Under the pieces are notes generated by a model. It was not told where the DNA came from. It saw only the letters and a program-made list of their open reading frames with translations, and searched no databases. 64,000 nt of DNA. It comes from Vulcanimicrobiota bacterium (lineage in GTDB: Bacteria > Vulcanimicrobiota > Vulcanimicrobiia > Eremiobacterales > Eremiobacteraceae). The stretch covers positions 32,001-96,000 of the forward strand of contig CAWETU010000005.1 in NCBI GenBank assembly GCA_963812135.1. Direction: 5' to 3'. The translations under genes were made by a program, and so were the position numbers. Positions 34,787-46,977 of the stretch are shown in pieces (within the stretch, counting starts at the first letter, position 1; every line of letters begins with the position of its first letter).

Positions 34787-35299
34787 ATGAGATCACGGTT
34801 CAGGTTCCTCGTCGTCGCGATTGCCGTCGTGCTCGCGTTTGGCATCAGCCGCTCGGCGATCGCAGCCGACTCGACCAGCTCGAATATGGGAAAGACGACG
34901 GCGTCGCCGGCAAATGGCTGGACGCTCCACATCGACGCCAAGCGCCACGTGCCTGGCAACCCCGACTATGTCATCCACCATTGGTGCCGGCCTGCTGAGG
35001 GCGGCATCACCGAGTGCCAACTCTACGATAGCGACGCGCCCAACGCCCAGCTCGTCGGCGTCGAAGTCGTCGTGCCGACGGCAACTTGGAAAACGTTCAG
35101 CCCGAGCGAGCAGGCGCTCTGGCACTATCACAAGATCGAGATACCGAAGGTGTCTGCGACCCTGCCCGGGATGAGCGCCGCGCAAGCCGCCAAGGTCCTC
35201 GCGAGCCTGCAGGAGACATACGGCAAGGTCTACCTGCTGTGGGATCCGAGCAAGTCAAAGGTCCCGACTGGACAACCCTTCGTCTACGTCCTGAAGTAA
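34787..35299 (+). CDS. Exported DUF1264 (OBAP-like) protein
   Basis: Signal peptide; HHWC, CQLYDSD, LVGVEV, LWHYH and TYGK. Confidence 0.75.
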   Translation: MRSRFRFLVVAIAVVLAFGISRSAIAADSTSSNMGKTTASPANGWTLHIDAKRHVPGNPDYVIHHWCRPAEGGITECQLYDSDAPNAQLVGVEVVVPTATWKTFSPSEQALWHYHKIEIPKVSATLPGMSAAQAAKVLASLQETYGKVYLLWDPSKSKVPTGQPFVYVLK

Positions 35300-35319
35300 C
35301 GAGGCGATCTCGGAAGCGA

Positions 35320-35360
35320 AACGGAGCCGGCGCGATGCCGACTCCGTTCTTGTTCTTTGT
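35320..35360 (+). terminator. Intrinsic terminator between convergent genes
   Basis: AACGGAGCCGGC...GCCGACTCCGTT stem followed by a T-rich tract. Confidence 0.65.
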
Positions 35361-35377
35361 CGTTTCGTTCTTTTGGT

Positions 35378-35575
35378 TTAGGCCGCTTCAGCCTTCAGAC
35401 CCGATTGGATTTTGGACCGTAGCTCCGGCGAGTCCTGATGTCCGTGAGCCGAGACCGCATGCATCACAGCGGCGCTGAGCACTTCATCGGGTGTGCCGGA
35501 GATGTACAGCGAGCAATTGCTGTCGCTGGGCATTTCGGCGCAGTCGATGAAGACGCGCGTTGACGTGGTGGCCAT
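35378..35575 (-). CDS. DUF1059 small metal-binding protein
   Basis: AGGAGG RBS; IDCAEMPSDSNC...DEVLSAAVMHAVSAHGH. Confidence 0.85.
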   Translation of the reverse strand: MATTSTRVFIDCAEMPSDSNCSLYISGTPDEVLSAAVMHAVSAHGHQDSPELRSKIQSGLKAEAA

Positions 35576-35686
35576 AAGTGTACCTCCTAAGCGCGGGCGC
35601 GAAGACTTCGCACGAGCGGACGTCTGAGTCCCTTCGAACACGCGTTCTCGGCGGGGACGCCCGGTGCCGGGGCATAAGTCGGGCGC

Positions 35687-37288
35687 ATGAAGCACTCGAC
35701 CACATCAGATGGCGTCACGCTCCGCGCCGATCGCGTTGAGCGTCAAGACGAAATCATCACGCCCGAATCGCTCGCGTTTCTCGCATCCTTAGCGCGCGAA
35801 TTCGAGCCCACACGGCAGTCGCTGCTCGCCGCGCGCGCGCAGCGCCAGCGCGAGTTCGATGCCGGCGCGTTGCCCGATTTCTTGACGGCGACTAGCGCCG
35901 TGCGCGACGGGGCATGGACCGGACCGCCGGCGCCGGCGGACTTGCGCGACCGGCGCGTGGAGATCACCGGGCCGACCGACCGCAAGATGATGATCAACGC
36001 GCTCAACTCCGGCGCGAGCACGTTCATGGCGGATTTCGAAGACTCGAACACGCCGAGCTGGGAGAACCTCATCGGCGGCCACGGCAACCTGATCGATGCG
36101 ATCGAGCGCACCATCACGCTCGACACGCCGGAGAAATCCTATCGCCTGGTCGAGCGGCCCGCGGTGTTGCTGGTCCGCCCGCGCGGCTGGCACTTGCCGG
36201 AGCGCCACGTCGTCATCGACGGATCGCCGATGTCGGGCAGCCTCTTCGATTTCGGCTTGCATTTCTTCCACAATGCGCGGCGCCTGATCGAGCGCGGCAG
36301 CGGGCCGTATTTCTACTTGCCCAAGCTCGAAAGCCACCTCGAGGCCCGGCTGTGGAACGACGTCTTCAATTTCGCGCAGGACGCGCTGCGCATCCCGCGG
36401 GGCACCATCCGCGCGACGGTCTTGATCGAGACGATCCTCGCCGCGTTTGAGATGGACGAAATCCTCTACGAGCTGCGCGAGCACTCCGCCGGACTCAATG
36501 CGGGCCGCTGGGATTACATGTTCAGCATCATCAAAAAGTTCCGCAACCGGGCCGACTTCATGTTGCCCGATCGGGCGCAAGTCACCATGACGGTGCCCTT
36601 CATGCGAGCGTACACCGAGCTGCTCGTCAAGACGTGCCACCGCCGCGGCGTGCACGCGATGGGGGGCATGGCCGCCTTCATCCCGAGCCGGCGCGACGCG
36701 GCGGTCAACGAAACGGCGTTCACGCGCGTCCGCGATGACAAGCAGCGCGAAGCCAATGACGGCTTTGACGGCACGTGGGTGGCGCATCCCGATCTCGTGC
36801 CGGTGGCGCGGCATGAGTTCGACAAGGTGCTCGGACAGCGGCCCAATCAGCTCGAGCGCCAGCGGCCCGAAGTGTCGGTGAGCGCGCGCGAGCTGCTCGA
36901 CGTGCGCGTGCCCGGCGGCACGATCACCCGGGGTGGCGTGCGCGGCAACGTGAGCGTCGGCTTACGTTACCTGGAATCGTGGCTGCGCGGCACGGGCGCC
37001 GCCGGCATCAACAACCTCATGGAAGACGTCGCGACGGCCGAGATCGCGCGATCGCAGCTTTGGCAGTGGGCGCATCATGGGGCCAAGCTCGACGACGGCG
37101 AAGCGGTTGGGAAGAGCATGGTCCGCGGCCTTGAGGAAGACGAGCTGCGCGAGGCGCGCGGTTCGATGGACGACAAAGCGTTCTCGCACAGCCGCTTCAA
37201 AGATGCGCGCGACGTCTTCGACAAAGTCGCGCTCACGGACGACTTCATCGAGTTCTTGACGCTGCCCGCCTACGAGTTGCTTGCCTGA
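35687..37288 (+). CDS. aceB: Malate synthase A
   Basis: [48 protein letters not shown] and [12 protein letters not shown]. Confidence 0.97.
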   Translation: MKHSTTSDGVTLRADRVERQDEIITPESLAFLASLAREFEPTRQSLLAARAQRQREFDAGALPDFLTATSAVRDGAWTGPPAPADLRDRRVEITGPTDRKMMINALNSGASTFMADFEDSNTPSWENLIGGHGNLIDAIERTITLDTPEKSYRLVERPAVLLVRPRGWHLPERHVVIDGSPMSGSLFDFGLHFFHNARRLIERGSGPYFYLPKLESHLEARLWNDVFNFAQDALRIPRGTIRATVLIETILAAFEMDEILYELREHSAGLNAGRWDYMFSIIKKFRNRADFMLPDRAQVTMTVPFMRAYTELLVKTCHRRGVHAMGGMAAFIPSRRDAAVNETAFTRVRDDKQREANDGFDGTWVAHPDLVPVARHEFDKVLGQRPNQLERQRPEVSVSARELLDVRVPGGTITRGGVRGNVSVGLRYLESWLRGTGAAGINNLMEDVATAEIARSQLWQWAHHGAKLDDGEAVGKSMVRGLEEDELREARGSMDDKAFSHSRFKDARDVFDKVALTDDFIEFLTLPAYELLA

Positions 37289-37294
37289 CTCGAG

Positions 37295-38746
37295 CTAGTA
37301 CAGCACGTGAACCGTGTACTGCAGCGTCGTCTTGCCGTTCGCCGGCACGGTGATGGTCCAGGTCGCCGTCGCGCTCGATGACTTGACGTGCGCGAAGTTC
37401 TCGGCGATCACGCTCCAGTCGCCCGGCATCGGCTCAACCACTTTGAGCGTCACCGGGGTGTCCTTCGCGTTGCGCATCTCGATCGAGTACGAGCTGTCGT
37501 ATTGGTAGCGGTCGTTGAACGGACCGACGCGATGAAAATCGGTCTGCTTCTTCGTGGCGGTGACGTCGAACGACTCGCCGAGCAGTAGGCGGACCCGTTC
37601 GCGCCGCGCCGTGTGGTCGATGGTGTCCTCGCCCACGAACTGCGCGTTGCCTTGCGAGTCCTTTTTGTAGATGCGCACGATGCCTTTGGGCAAGGGAACG
37701 CCCAGACCGCCGCCCTCGTTGCTGAACTCCAAGAAGACCTGCGGCTTGAGCTGCTGTCCGAGATCGCTCGACGCTTGCGTGTAGTAGTAGTCTTGGCCCC
37801 GCAGCTCGAGCGATTTGGTCACAGGAATCGCGGCGGCGGAAAGCATCGCCACCTGCTTTGTCTGCTTGTCGGCGATCGTCGTCGGCCTCCCGAGCGTGTA
37901 GAGGTGATATTCGAACAGGTTCTCCTGACGCATCTGCGGCGCCGCGTTTCTCGCGAGAGTCCCGCCCAGTGCCTGCATCTCGGTGGCGGCTTGTGCGCGA
38001 TTGAGGCTCCCGGCCACGAGTTGCATGCGAGCGTTGTTGTAACTGGTGCCGCTGCTGTTGGTGAGCGTCACCAGCCCGTTGAGATCCAACCGGTCGTCGT
38101 TGGCGTTGAGCACGCCCACGTAGTCGGCACGCCAGGACAGCCCGCCGGTCAGATAGTCGAGCTCGACGGTCTGCTCGCCCTCGTATGTGTTGTCGATGTC
38201 GGTCACGAGCGTCGGGCGATCGCGCAGGTTCGATGGTATGGACGCGAACGCGAGACGCCCGTCGACGCCGGTCTCGATCCGGTTCGCGTATTGCAAGACG
38301 ACGCCGCCATTGACCGACAGCACCTTGGCTTCTTCGCGCGTGTCCACGCCCGTGCGCGGATTGGTGTGGATGACCGTCACGTCGCGGCCGACATACTTGG
38401 CGAGCAGCGTCTCAGGGCTGAGCAGGTCGAAGTTGAAGTTCTGCTCGACAACCGAGATCGCGCCTGCCGACGCGAGGCTGTGGAATAGCGCAGTCGTCGC
38501 GTCCATTTGCGCGCTGACGTCGCGCAACGCGAGCCGCTGCGCACCCTTCGGCAGCGAAAGCCGGCGCTCGTCGCGCACGAGCGCGAGGTTGTCGTTGTAG
38601 ATCGTGACGGACACGGCTTGCTGGTCGGCAAGCGTGCTCGTCCGCTCGCCCGGGTCCGCGGCGGCGACGCCGCTGATCGGCGTGAGCAGCGCGAGCGTCA
38701 CCGCGATCGAGGCAATGCGAAGATACCAGCCAGAATGGGTCGACAT
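37295..38746 (-). CDS. Exported DUF4139-domain protein
   Basis: Signal peptide; VTIYNDNLALVRDER, YLTGGLSWRADY, LVAG, EYHLY and FVGED. Confidence 0.82.
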   Translation of the reverse strand: MSTHSGWYLRIASIAVTLALLTPISGVAAADPGERTSTLADQQAVSVTIYNDNLALVRDERRLSLPKGAQRLALRDVSAQMDATTALFHSLASAGAISVVEQNFNFDLLSPETLLAKYVGRDVTVIHTNPRTGVDTREEAKVLSVNGGVVLQYANRIETGVDGRLAFASIPSNLRDRPTLVTDIDNTYEGEQTVELDYLTGGLSWRADYVGVLNANDDRLDLNGLVTLTNSSGTSYNNARMQLVAGSLNRAQAATEMQALGGTLARNAAPQMRQENLFEYHLYTLGRPTTIADKQTKQVAMLSAAAIPVTKSLELRGQDYYYTQASSDLGQQLKPQVFLEFSNEGGGLGVPLPKGIVRIYKKDSQGNAQFVGEDTIDHTARRERVRLLLGESFDVTATKKQTDFHRVGPFNDRYQYDSSYSIEMRNAKDTPVTLKVVEPMPGDWSVIAENFAHVKSSSATATWTITVPANGKTTLQYTVHVLY

Positions 38747-38828
38747 AGGAGCCCTCCCGCAAAGAATTCGGCCACCCCGTACGATTATACGTCGTACGGA
38801 GCAGCCGTTGGGTTCGAAGAAGAGGCAC

Positions 38829-40642
<1,814 letters not shown>

Positions 40643-40717
40643 TGTGACACTTCGGCGGCCCGTCAGCGATGCCTGGCGGAGGCGCCGCGGCGCGTGCCGA
40701 ATTTCCGTGGACACCGT

Positions 40718-41728
40718 ATGACACACCCGCTCGACAGCAGGTCCCGGCCGCTCCGCGATCTGCGCATCTCGGTCACCGATCGCTGCAACTTCCGCTGCAC
40801 GTACTGCATGCCGAAGGAGGTCTTCGGCCGGGATTTCCACTTCTTGCCGGCGCGCGAACTTCTGTCGTTCGAAGAGATCGCGCGGCTCGCGCACATCTTC
40901 GCGGGGCTCGGCGTCGAGAAGCTGCGGCTTACCGGCGGCGAGCCGCTGCTGCGCCGCGACCTGCCGGCGCTCGTGCAGATGCTCGCGGACATACCGGGCA
41001 TCGCCGACCTGACCCTGACCACCAACGGCGCGCTGCTCGCAAAACTGGCGCCTGCGCTCAAGAGCGCAGGGCTGCGGCGCATCAGCGTGAGCCTCGACTC
41101 GCTCGACGACGCGGTCTTCCGCGCGATGAACGACGTCGATATGCCCGTCGCGCGGATCCTCGAGGGCATCGATGCAGCCGTCCATGCCGGCATGGGACCG
41201 ATCAAGATCAATGTCGTCGTCAAGCGCGGCGTCAACGACGCCGGCATCATCGATATGGCGGCGCATTTCCGCGGCACCGGGTGCATCCTGCGCTTCATCG
41301 AGTACATGGACGTCGGCACGACCAACGGCTGGCGTCTCGATGACGTGGTGCCCGCCGCTGAAGTCGTGCGCACCATCGATGCGGTGTTCCCGCTCGAAGC
41401 GCTCTCGCCGAACTATCGCGGTGAGGTCGCCAATCGGTACCGGTACGTCGACGGCGCGGGCGAGATCGGTGTGATCGCGTCGGTGACCCAGCCGTTCTGC
41501 GGCAACTGCACGCGCGCTCGGCTCTCATCGGAAGGGCTGCTCTACACCTGTCTGTTCGCCTCGACCGGACGCGACCTGCGCGCGCTGCTGCGCGGCAACG
41601 CTTCGGATGACGAGATTCGCGCCTTCATCGGCGGCGTCTGGCACGCGCGCGACGACCGCTACTCAGAACTGAGGACGGAACAGACGACACGCCTCCCGAA
41701 GGTCGAGATGTCGCACATCGGCGGCTAA
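40718..41728 (+). CDS. moaA: GTP 3',8-cyclase
   Basis: [31 protein letters not shown]...C and C-terminal IGG. Confidence 0.97.
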   Translation: MTHPLDSRSRPLRDLRISVTDRCNFRCTYCMPKEVFGRDFHFLPARELLSFEEIARLAHIFAGLGVEKLRLTGGEPLLRRDLPALVQMLADIPGIADLTLTTNGALLAKLAPALKSAGLRRISVSLDSLDDAVFRAMNDVDMPVARILEGIDAAVHAGMGPIKINVVVKRGVNDAGIIDMAAHFRGTGCILRFIEYMDVGTTNGWRLDDVVPAAEVVRTIDAVFPLEALSPNYRGEVANRYRYVDGAGEIGVIASVTQPFCGNCTRARLSSEGLLYTCLFASTGRDLRALLRGNASDDEIRAFIGGVWHARDDRYSELRTEQTTRLPKVEMSHIGG

Positions 41729-41729
41729 T

Positions 41730-41753
41730 GGAGCGGTCGAATTTATTCGACCG
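41730..41753 (+). repeat. REP palindrome, copy 3 (GGAG variant)
   Basis: GGAG-CGGTCGAAT-TT-ATTCGACCG, 1 nt after the moaA stop. Confidence 0.78.
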
Positions 41754-41771
41754 TCGAGCGGAGGTGGCGTC

Positions 41772-42659
41772 GTGCAGGTTATCAACGTGCTCATCATCAT
41801 CGTGGGCCTTGGTTTGGCGTTGTATTTCGGTTCGCGCGGCATGCACGAAGAGGGCAAGCATCCGGAGTTCCAGATGAATTCGCTCCTCGTCGCCGTGGCC
41901 GTGCTGATCGTCGCATTCGGCCTCGCGTCCACCTTCGGGCAAGTGCCGTCGGGCTATCGCGGCGTGGTGTTGCGCTTCGGCGCTCCGACCGGCGAGGTCA
42001 AACCCGAGGGGTTGTACACCGTCGTGCCGTTCATCACGTCGGTGGTGCTGATGAACGTGCAGGTGCAATCGTACGCGACCGATGCGCAGGCGGCGTCGCA
42101 CGACTTGCAAGACGTGCGCACGCAGGTGACGCTCAACTACTCGCTCGACCCGGGCCAGGTGGTCACTATCTACCGCGATCTGCGCCAGGACTACGTCGAG
42201 CGCATCATCTCGCCGGGCATCCAAGAAGCGATCAAAGCCGCCACTGCCCGCTTCACGGCCGAGGCGCTCATCACGCAACGGCCGGCCGCGCGCGACCTTC
42301 TCGACCAGCTGCTGGCGCAACGGCTCACGCAGTTCGGCATCAAGATCGAAGCGCTGTCGATCACCAACTTCTCGTTCAGCGATCAGTTCAACCAAGCGAT
42401 CGAGGCGAAAGTCACCGCGGAGCAAGACGCGCTGCGTGCGCAACAGGTGCTGACGCGTGTGCGCTTCGAGGCAGAGCAAAAGGTGGTCGCGGCCCGAGCC
42501 GAAGCCCAAGCGCTAGCGTTGCAGCGCCAGAACGTCACGCAACAGCTGCTCCAGCTGCGCGCGATCGAGAAATGGGATGGCAAACTGCCGAGCGTGGTCG
42601 GCGCCGGAGCTACGTTGCCCGTGCTCGGCTCGTTCGGTCCGAGTTCGACGACGCCGTAA
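41772..42659 (+). CDS. SPFH/prohibitin family membrane protein
   Basis: Two N-terminal TMs; VPSGYRGVV, EGL, ASHDLQ, FTAEALIT and FNQAIEAK. Confidence 0.92.
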   Translation: MQVINVLIIIVGLGLALYFGSRGMHEEGKHPEFQMNSLLVAVAVLIVAFGLASTFGQVPSGYRGVVLRFGAPTGEVKPEGLYTVVPFITSVVLMNVQVQSYATDAQAASHDLQDVRTQVTLNYSLDPGQVVTIYRDLRQDYVERIISPGIQEAIKAATARFTAEALITQRPAARDLLDQLLAQRLTQFGIKIEALSITNFSFSDQFNQAIEAKVTAEQDALRAQQVLTRVRFEAEQKVVAARAEAQALALQRQNVTQQLLQLRAIEKWDGKLPSVVGAGATLPVLGSFGPSSTTP

Positions 42660-42660
42660 A

Positions 42661-42710
42661 CGGTCGAATAAATTCGACCGCTACATACGTCGAATACATT
42701 CGACCGCTAC
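42661..42710 (-). repeat. Two tandem GTAG-type REP palindromes, copies 4 and 5
   Basis: Reverse complement GTAGCGGTCGAATTTATTCGACCG (42661-42684) and GTAGCGGTCGAATGTATTCGACG (to 42710). The second copy supplies the TAG stop of the cytochrome gene. Confidence 0.85.
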
Positions 42711-44227
42711 TTGTGCGCCTTGACCTGCGCCTCGGTGATCGGCGACGCCTTGTTGCCCCACGACGTCCGGATGTAGGTCAGCACCGCGGCGATCTGGGCG
42801 TCCGTGAGCTTGCCGTGCCACGCCGGCATGGCGCCGTTGAAGACCTGTCCGTTCACCTTGATCTGCCCGTGCAAGCCGTTGGCGACGATGCCGATGACGG
42901 CGTTCGGATCCCCTGTGACGATGGGGTTTCCCGCCAGCGGCGGGAATGCGCCGGTCAATCCCTGGCCGCTCGCGCCGTGGCAGCTCGCGCAATTCGTCGA
43001 GTAGACGGCTGCGCCGTCGGGTGCCGTTGCAGCGCTGGTCGACGCGCTCGTCGTCACCATGCCGCCGTTCGGAGCGCCCGCGTTGAGCGGGGCCGGCGTT
43101 GAGGGCGGCGCGCCATACCCGAGCACCGGCGTTTGGCCGGCGGGGTTCTGCTTCTGCTCGGCTCCGATCGCATCGGCCGAGTACTTGGTCAACCAGATGA
43201 TACCGATGATCGACGCCAGCGTGATGCCGATCATGAACGGCCGGCGCAAGATGGCGCGGCTCGGGTTGCGGTCAATCCACGGCAACAATATCAACACCGT
43301 CGCAAAGACGCCCGGTAGGACGACCGTCGCGGCGAGATTCATGAATTGGAGCGGCAGATGGAAGATCGCAGCGACCTGCGGTGCGATGCGCAACAGACCG
43401 TAGAGCGCATAGAAATACCACGCCGGCGCGGGTGTGAACGTGGCGTTGTTCGGGTCTGCCTTTGCCAACAACGGCGCGGGCATGAACCACGATAGTGCCA
43501 CAATCACGAGGAAGACCAGAAACGCGATCACTGTGTCCATAAAGATCTGGTCGGGATAGAAACGGCCGACCGTCTTGGGCTTTTCGTCTTGCGGCGGCCC
43601 AGCAGCGCCGTTGTGCCGGAAGATGAACAAGTGCAATCCGACCAGCCCTATGAGCAACGCCGGCGTCGCCCAGACGTGCAAGCCGAAGAAGCGGCCGACG
43701 GTGAGAGTGCCAAGCGTCGCGCCATCATTGAGGAAATAGGCCGTCTGCTGTCCGATGATCGGCACGCTCGCGGCGATGTTGATCGCGACCTGGGTGGCGA
43801 AGTACGCGTTGAGATCCCAGGGGAGCAGGTATCCGGTGAGGCCCGACATCAGCGTGAAGAAGAACAGCGTGACGCCGACGACCCACTGGATCTCGCGCGG
43901 GCGCTTATACGCTCCGAAGACGAGCACTTGCAGCAAATGCACGCTGACCAGGATGATCATGGCCGATGCGCCCCAGAAATGCAGGCTCATCATGAACTGG
44001 CCGAGATAGACGTGCTGATAGATGAAGGCGGTCGATTCCCAAGCAGTGGCGGATGATGGGGAATAGTAGAACGTGAGGAAGATGCCGGTGATGATCTGGA
44101 TGGTGAATGTGATCAGCGTCGCGCTGCCCCAGACGTACCAGTACGTCGCGCCGCCGGGGACGTCTTCGGTCAGGAATTCCTTGAGCGCCGAGACCAGGCC
44201 GGTGCGCTGTTCGATCCAGGTGATCAT
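42707..44227 (-). CDS. qcrB: Cytochrome b (b6 plus subunit IV-like) fused to a C-terminal cytochrome c
   Basis: Four heme His (SLHFWG...SVH; GLHVW...GLH), TGYLLPWD, a PAWY motif, and C-terminal CASCH...MPAW. Confidence 0.9.
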   Translation of the reverse strand: MITWIEQRTGLVSALKEFLTEDVPGGATYWYVWGSATLITFTIQIITGIFLTFYYSPSSATAWESTAFIYQHVYLGQFMMSLHFWGASAMIILVSVHLLQVLVFGAYKRPREIQWVVGVTLFFFTLMSGLTGYLLPWDLNAYFATQVAINIAASVPIIGQQTAYFLNDGATLGTLTVGRFFGLHVWATPALLIGLVGLHLFIFRHNGAAGPPQDEKPKTVGRFYPDQIFMDTVIAFLVFLVIVALSWFMPAPLLAKADPNNATFTPAPAWYFYALYGLLRIAPQVAAIFHLPLQFMNLAATVVLPGVFATVLILLPWIDRNPSRAILRRPFMIGITLASIIGIIWLTKYSADAIGAEQKQNPAGQTPVLGYGAPPSTPAPLNAGAPNGGMVTTSASTSAATAPDGAAVYSTNCASCHGASGQGLTGAFPPLAGNPIVTGDPNAVIGIVANGLHGQIKVNGQVFNGAMPAWHGKLTDAQIAAVLTYIRTSWGNKASPITEAQVKAHK

Positions 44228-44241
44228 GAAATGCGCTCTCC

Positions 44242-44931
44242 TTAGAAGTACGAGACGATGATGCGGTTCGGCTCGTTGGCCCGATATTTGACCCACTCGA
44301 CTTGGGCGATCCCGTTTTGTTCCTGGAACGGCACGGGATCGAGCCCGCGTGGTGACGGGCCTATGTAGTTGCCCTGCGCATCACGCATGTGCACGCCGGT
44401 CTTCGAGAACTGCGAACCGTGGCACGGGCACAGGAACCCTTTGAGGCTGTCGTCCCAATCGTACTTGCAATTGAGATGAGGGCACAGCGAGCTGAACAGC
44501 ACGAAGCCCATCGTTCCCACGGGGAAGGTAACGTCACCGCGCAGCTTGGGATCGAACAGATCCGGCCGATCCGTCTTGAATTGCTGCTCCTCTTGCGGCG
44601 TCATGTGGATGCCCCACACGTAGTAGGCCTGGTCTTCAACCAGATAGCCGTCGACCACGCGTTTTTGGAAGTTGATCTTGACGGGTTTGTCGAGCGCCGC
44701 CTTGAGCGTGGCGAACTCGTCAGGCTTGATCGGAGAAAAGCCCTTGTTCGCGTCGATCAGCTCGGGCTTGGGCCATAGCGTCGGCACGAGCGAGACAAGC
44801 AACCCAACCCCGACGACCCCGCCCAAAACGACGGTCGCCTGTGCGAGGAAGCGCTGCCGGTTGATATCTTCCGTATCGTTGGTCTGACCTGCGGGTGCGT
44901 CGTCCACCACTATCCGTTCCTCCGCGCTCAT
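44242..44931 (-). CDS. qcrA: Rieske 2Fe-2S subunit of the Rieske/cytochrome b complex
   Basis: N-terminal TM, CPHLNC, CPCHGSQF and GPSPRGL. Confidence 0.93.
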   Translation of the reverse strand: MSAEERIVVDDAPAGQTNDTEDINRQRFLAQATVVLGGVVGVGLLVSLVPTLWPKPELIDANKGFSPIKPDEFATLKAALDKPVKINFQKRVVDGYLVEDQAYYVWGIHMTPQEEQQFKTDRPDLFDPKLRGDVTFPVGTMGFVLFSSLCPHLNCKYDWDDSLKGFLCPCHGSQFSKTGVHMRDAQGNYIGPSPRGLDPVPFQEQNGIAQVEWVKYRANEPNRIIVSYF

Positions 44932-45116
44932 CGCATCGCGCCGAATGGGCGCGCCTTCAATTGTACGCGCGCGCCGAGCTTGCGCGTAGGTTTGGCTCCG
45001 GAGCGCTTGCGGCCTTCGTCGCAGGCGGTCGAAACCGCGATTTTAGTCGCGCGCCGCGGGACTGCGAAGGTTCCGGCACGGCGCGCGGGCAAAGCCGCAG
45101 TCGAGTCACACCTCCT

Positions 45117-45911
45117 GTGGATAGACAACATATCGTCGACAAAGCGCGGGCGCAGTTCTCTGCGACCGCCGAACAATACGTCCGCAGCGTAAGGCACGCG
45201 GCGGGCGATGATTTGGCGCGCCTGGTGGACCTCGCCGCGCTGCGCGGCGACGAGCGCGTGTTGGACATCGCCACCGGCGCGGGCCATACCGCGCTCGCGT
45301 TCGCCCCGCACGTCGCCAGCGTGGTCGCCAGCGATCTCACGCCGCGCATGCTCGAGCTCGCCGGCCAGCTCGCGGTCGAGCGCGGTGTCAACAACGTGAC
45401 GTTTGTCCTCGCCCAGGCCGAGGCGCTGCCGTTCGAAGCGGACAGCTTTGATGTCGTCACTTGTCGTGTCGCGCCGCATCATTTCGCGGATCCGCTTGCA
45501 TTCGTCAACGAGACGGCGCGCGTGTTGCGGCCGGGTGGCCGTTTCTTGCTGGACGACCAAATGGCGCCCGAGGATCCGGAGCTCGACGAATTCGTCAACA
45601 CATTCGAGCGCTGGCGCGACCCCAGCCATGTGCGTGCGTATACGCCGAACGAATGGTGTCGGTGGATCGAGGCCGCCGGCATGCAAGTGGAACACGTCGA
45701 ATCGAGCCAACGCGGCTCGTATGAGTTCGCCGATTGGACCGAGCGGTCGAAAATGCCGCAACCCGACCGCGAAGCGCTCGAACGCTGGCTGATCGCGGCG
45801 CCAGCGCGCTGTGCGGAGTTCTATCGTATCAAGATAGAAGACGGACATGTGCTGTCGTTGCGCGCGTGCTTCTCAATCATCGTCGCTTCACGGCCGGAGG
45901 TATCCCCATGA
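45117..45911 (+). CDS. Class I SAM-dependent methyltransferase (YafE-like)
   Basis: VLDIATGAGHT, AEALPF, FDVVTCRVAPHHF, RVLRPGG and RDPSH. Confidence 0.9.
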   Translation: MDRQHIVDKARAQFSATAEQYVRSVRHAAGDDLARLVDLAALRGDERVLDIATGAGHTALAFAPHVASVVASDLTPRMLELAGQLAVERGVNNVTFVLAQAEALPFEADSFDVVTCRVAPHHFADPLAFVNETARVLRPGGRFLLDDQMAPEDPELDEFVNTFERWRDPSHVRAYTPNEWCRWIEAAGMQVEHVESSQRGSYEFADWTERSKMPQPDREALERWLIAAPARCAEFYRIKIEDGHVLSLRACFSIIVASRPEVSP

Positions 45912-46399
45912 TCGCTCTTCTCGCCTCGCTCGCGCTGCTCGTCGCGGCGAGCCCGCCTGTGCCGACCGCCGCGGCGGCCGCGCAAGCGCATAAAGCGGAG
46001 GCCCAAAAAGCGATCGACACTGGCAACGCCGCATACATCGCGACGTGGCAACGCGATGATGCCCACGGTTTCGCGCAACTTTTCACTGAGAACGCCGCCT
46101 CCATCGCCGACGATGGGACGATCACTCGAGGGCGCGCGACGATCGAAGCCGCGCGGGTGAAGCAGTTCGCGGCGTTCTTGTTGCTCAAAGGGACGATCAC
46201 GACCGAGGATCTCGTCGTCGAGGACGATACCGCGTATGAGATGGGCAGCTACTCGTTCACCATCAAGCCTAAGGACAAGGCGTCGGTGGCCCTCACCGGC
46301 CGGTACTTGACGATCTGGCAGCGGCAACCTGACGGCCACTGGTTGATCAAAACCGATTCTGGTCTTTCCGACCGGACCTGCACGAAGGCGGCAGCATGA
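45908..46399 (+). CDS. Exported NTF2/SnoaL-like (DUF4440) protein
   Basis: Signal peptide; AQLFTENA, RGRATI, AYEMGSY and GRYLTIWQRQPDGHW. Confidence 0.85.
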   Translation: MIALLASLALLVAASPPVPTAAAAAQAHKAEAQKAIDTGNAAYIATWQRDDAHGFAQLFTENAASIADDGTITRGRATIEAARVKQFAAFLLLKGTITTEDLVVEDDTAYEMGSYSFTIKPKDKASVALTGRYLTIWQRQPDGHWLIKTDSGLSDRTCTKAAA

Positions 46400-46974
46400 C
46401 GACGGCGTGCACGAATTGCAACGCGCCGCTGCCCGAGGGCGCGAACTTCTGTCCGAAATGCGGAGCGTTCGCGAGCGCGAAGGATGGCACCGCGCCGTCC
46501 AGAGGCATGCCGAAATGGGTCATCGGATTGCTGATCGCGGCTGCGGTGCTCTTCATCTCGATACCCGTGCTGGGGATCGTGGCGGCGATCGCGATCCCGA
46601 ACTTCATCCACGCCAAAGCTGAGAGCATGACGATGGCCGACGAGAACAATCTCAAGCGGATCGCCTTGGCGCTCGAGCAATACGCGGTGGATCACGACGG
46701 TAAGTATCCGCAGAACCTGCCGCAGCTGGTGCCGGCGTATATCGCCAAGCTACCGGTCGTGCCCGGCGGCGACGGCACAGGCGCGTACGATTACCATCAC
46801 CCGGCATCGATGGCCGCCGACGGCAAGTATGAGATCTGGGATGACGGTTCGATGGACTCCACGACGCTCGCAAATTTGCCGCAAGGCGTGGGCGGCAAAC
46901 GCTGCGGCACCGAATGCAAATATGTCGTCTATGCTGACGGCGTCGGAATTATCGGAGTGTCGGGGCAGCAGTAA
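46396..46974 (+). CDS. Zinc-ribbon plus pseudopilin-like membrane protein
   Basis: CTNC...FCPKCG; TM ending AAIAIPNF; NLKRIALALEQYAVDHDGKYP pilin-like helix. Confidence 0.75.
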   Translation: MTTACTNCNAPLPEGANFCPKCGAFASAKDGTAPSRGMPKWVIGLLIAAAVLFISIPVLGIVAAIAIPNFIHAKAESMTMADENNLKRIALALEQYAVDHDGKYPQNLPQLVPAYIAKLPVVPGGDGTGAYDYHHPASMAADGKYEIWDDGSMDSTTLANLPQGVGGKRCGTECKYVVYADGVGIIGVSGQQ

Positions 46975-46977
46975 GCG

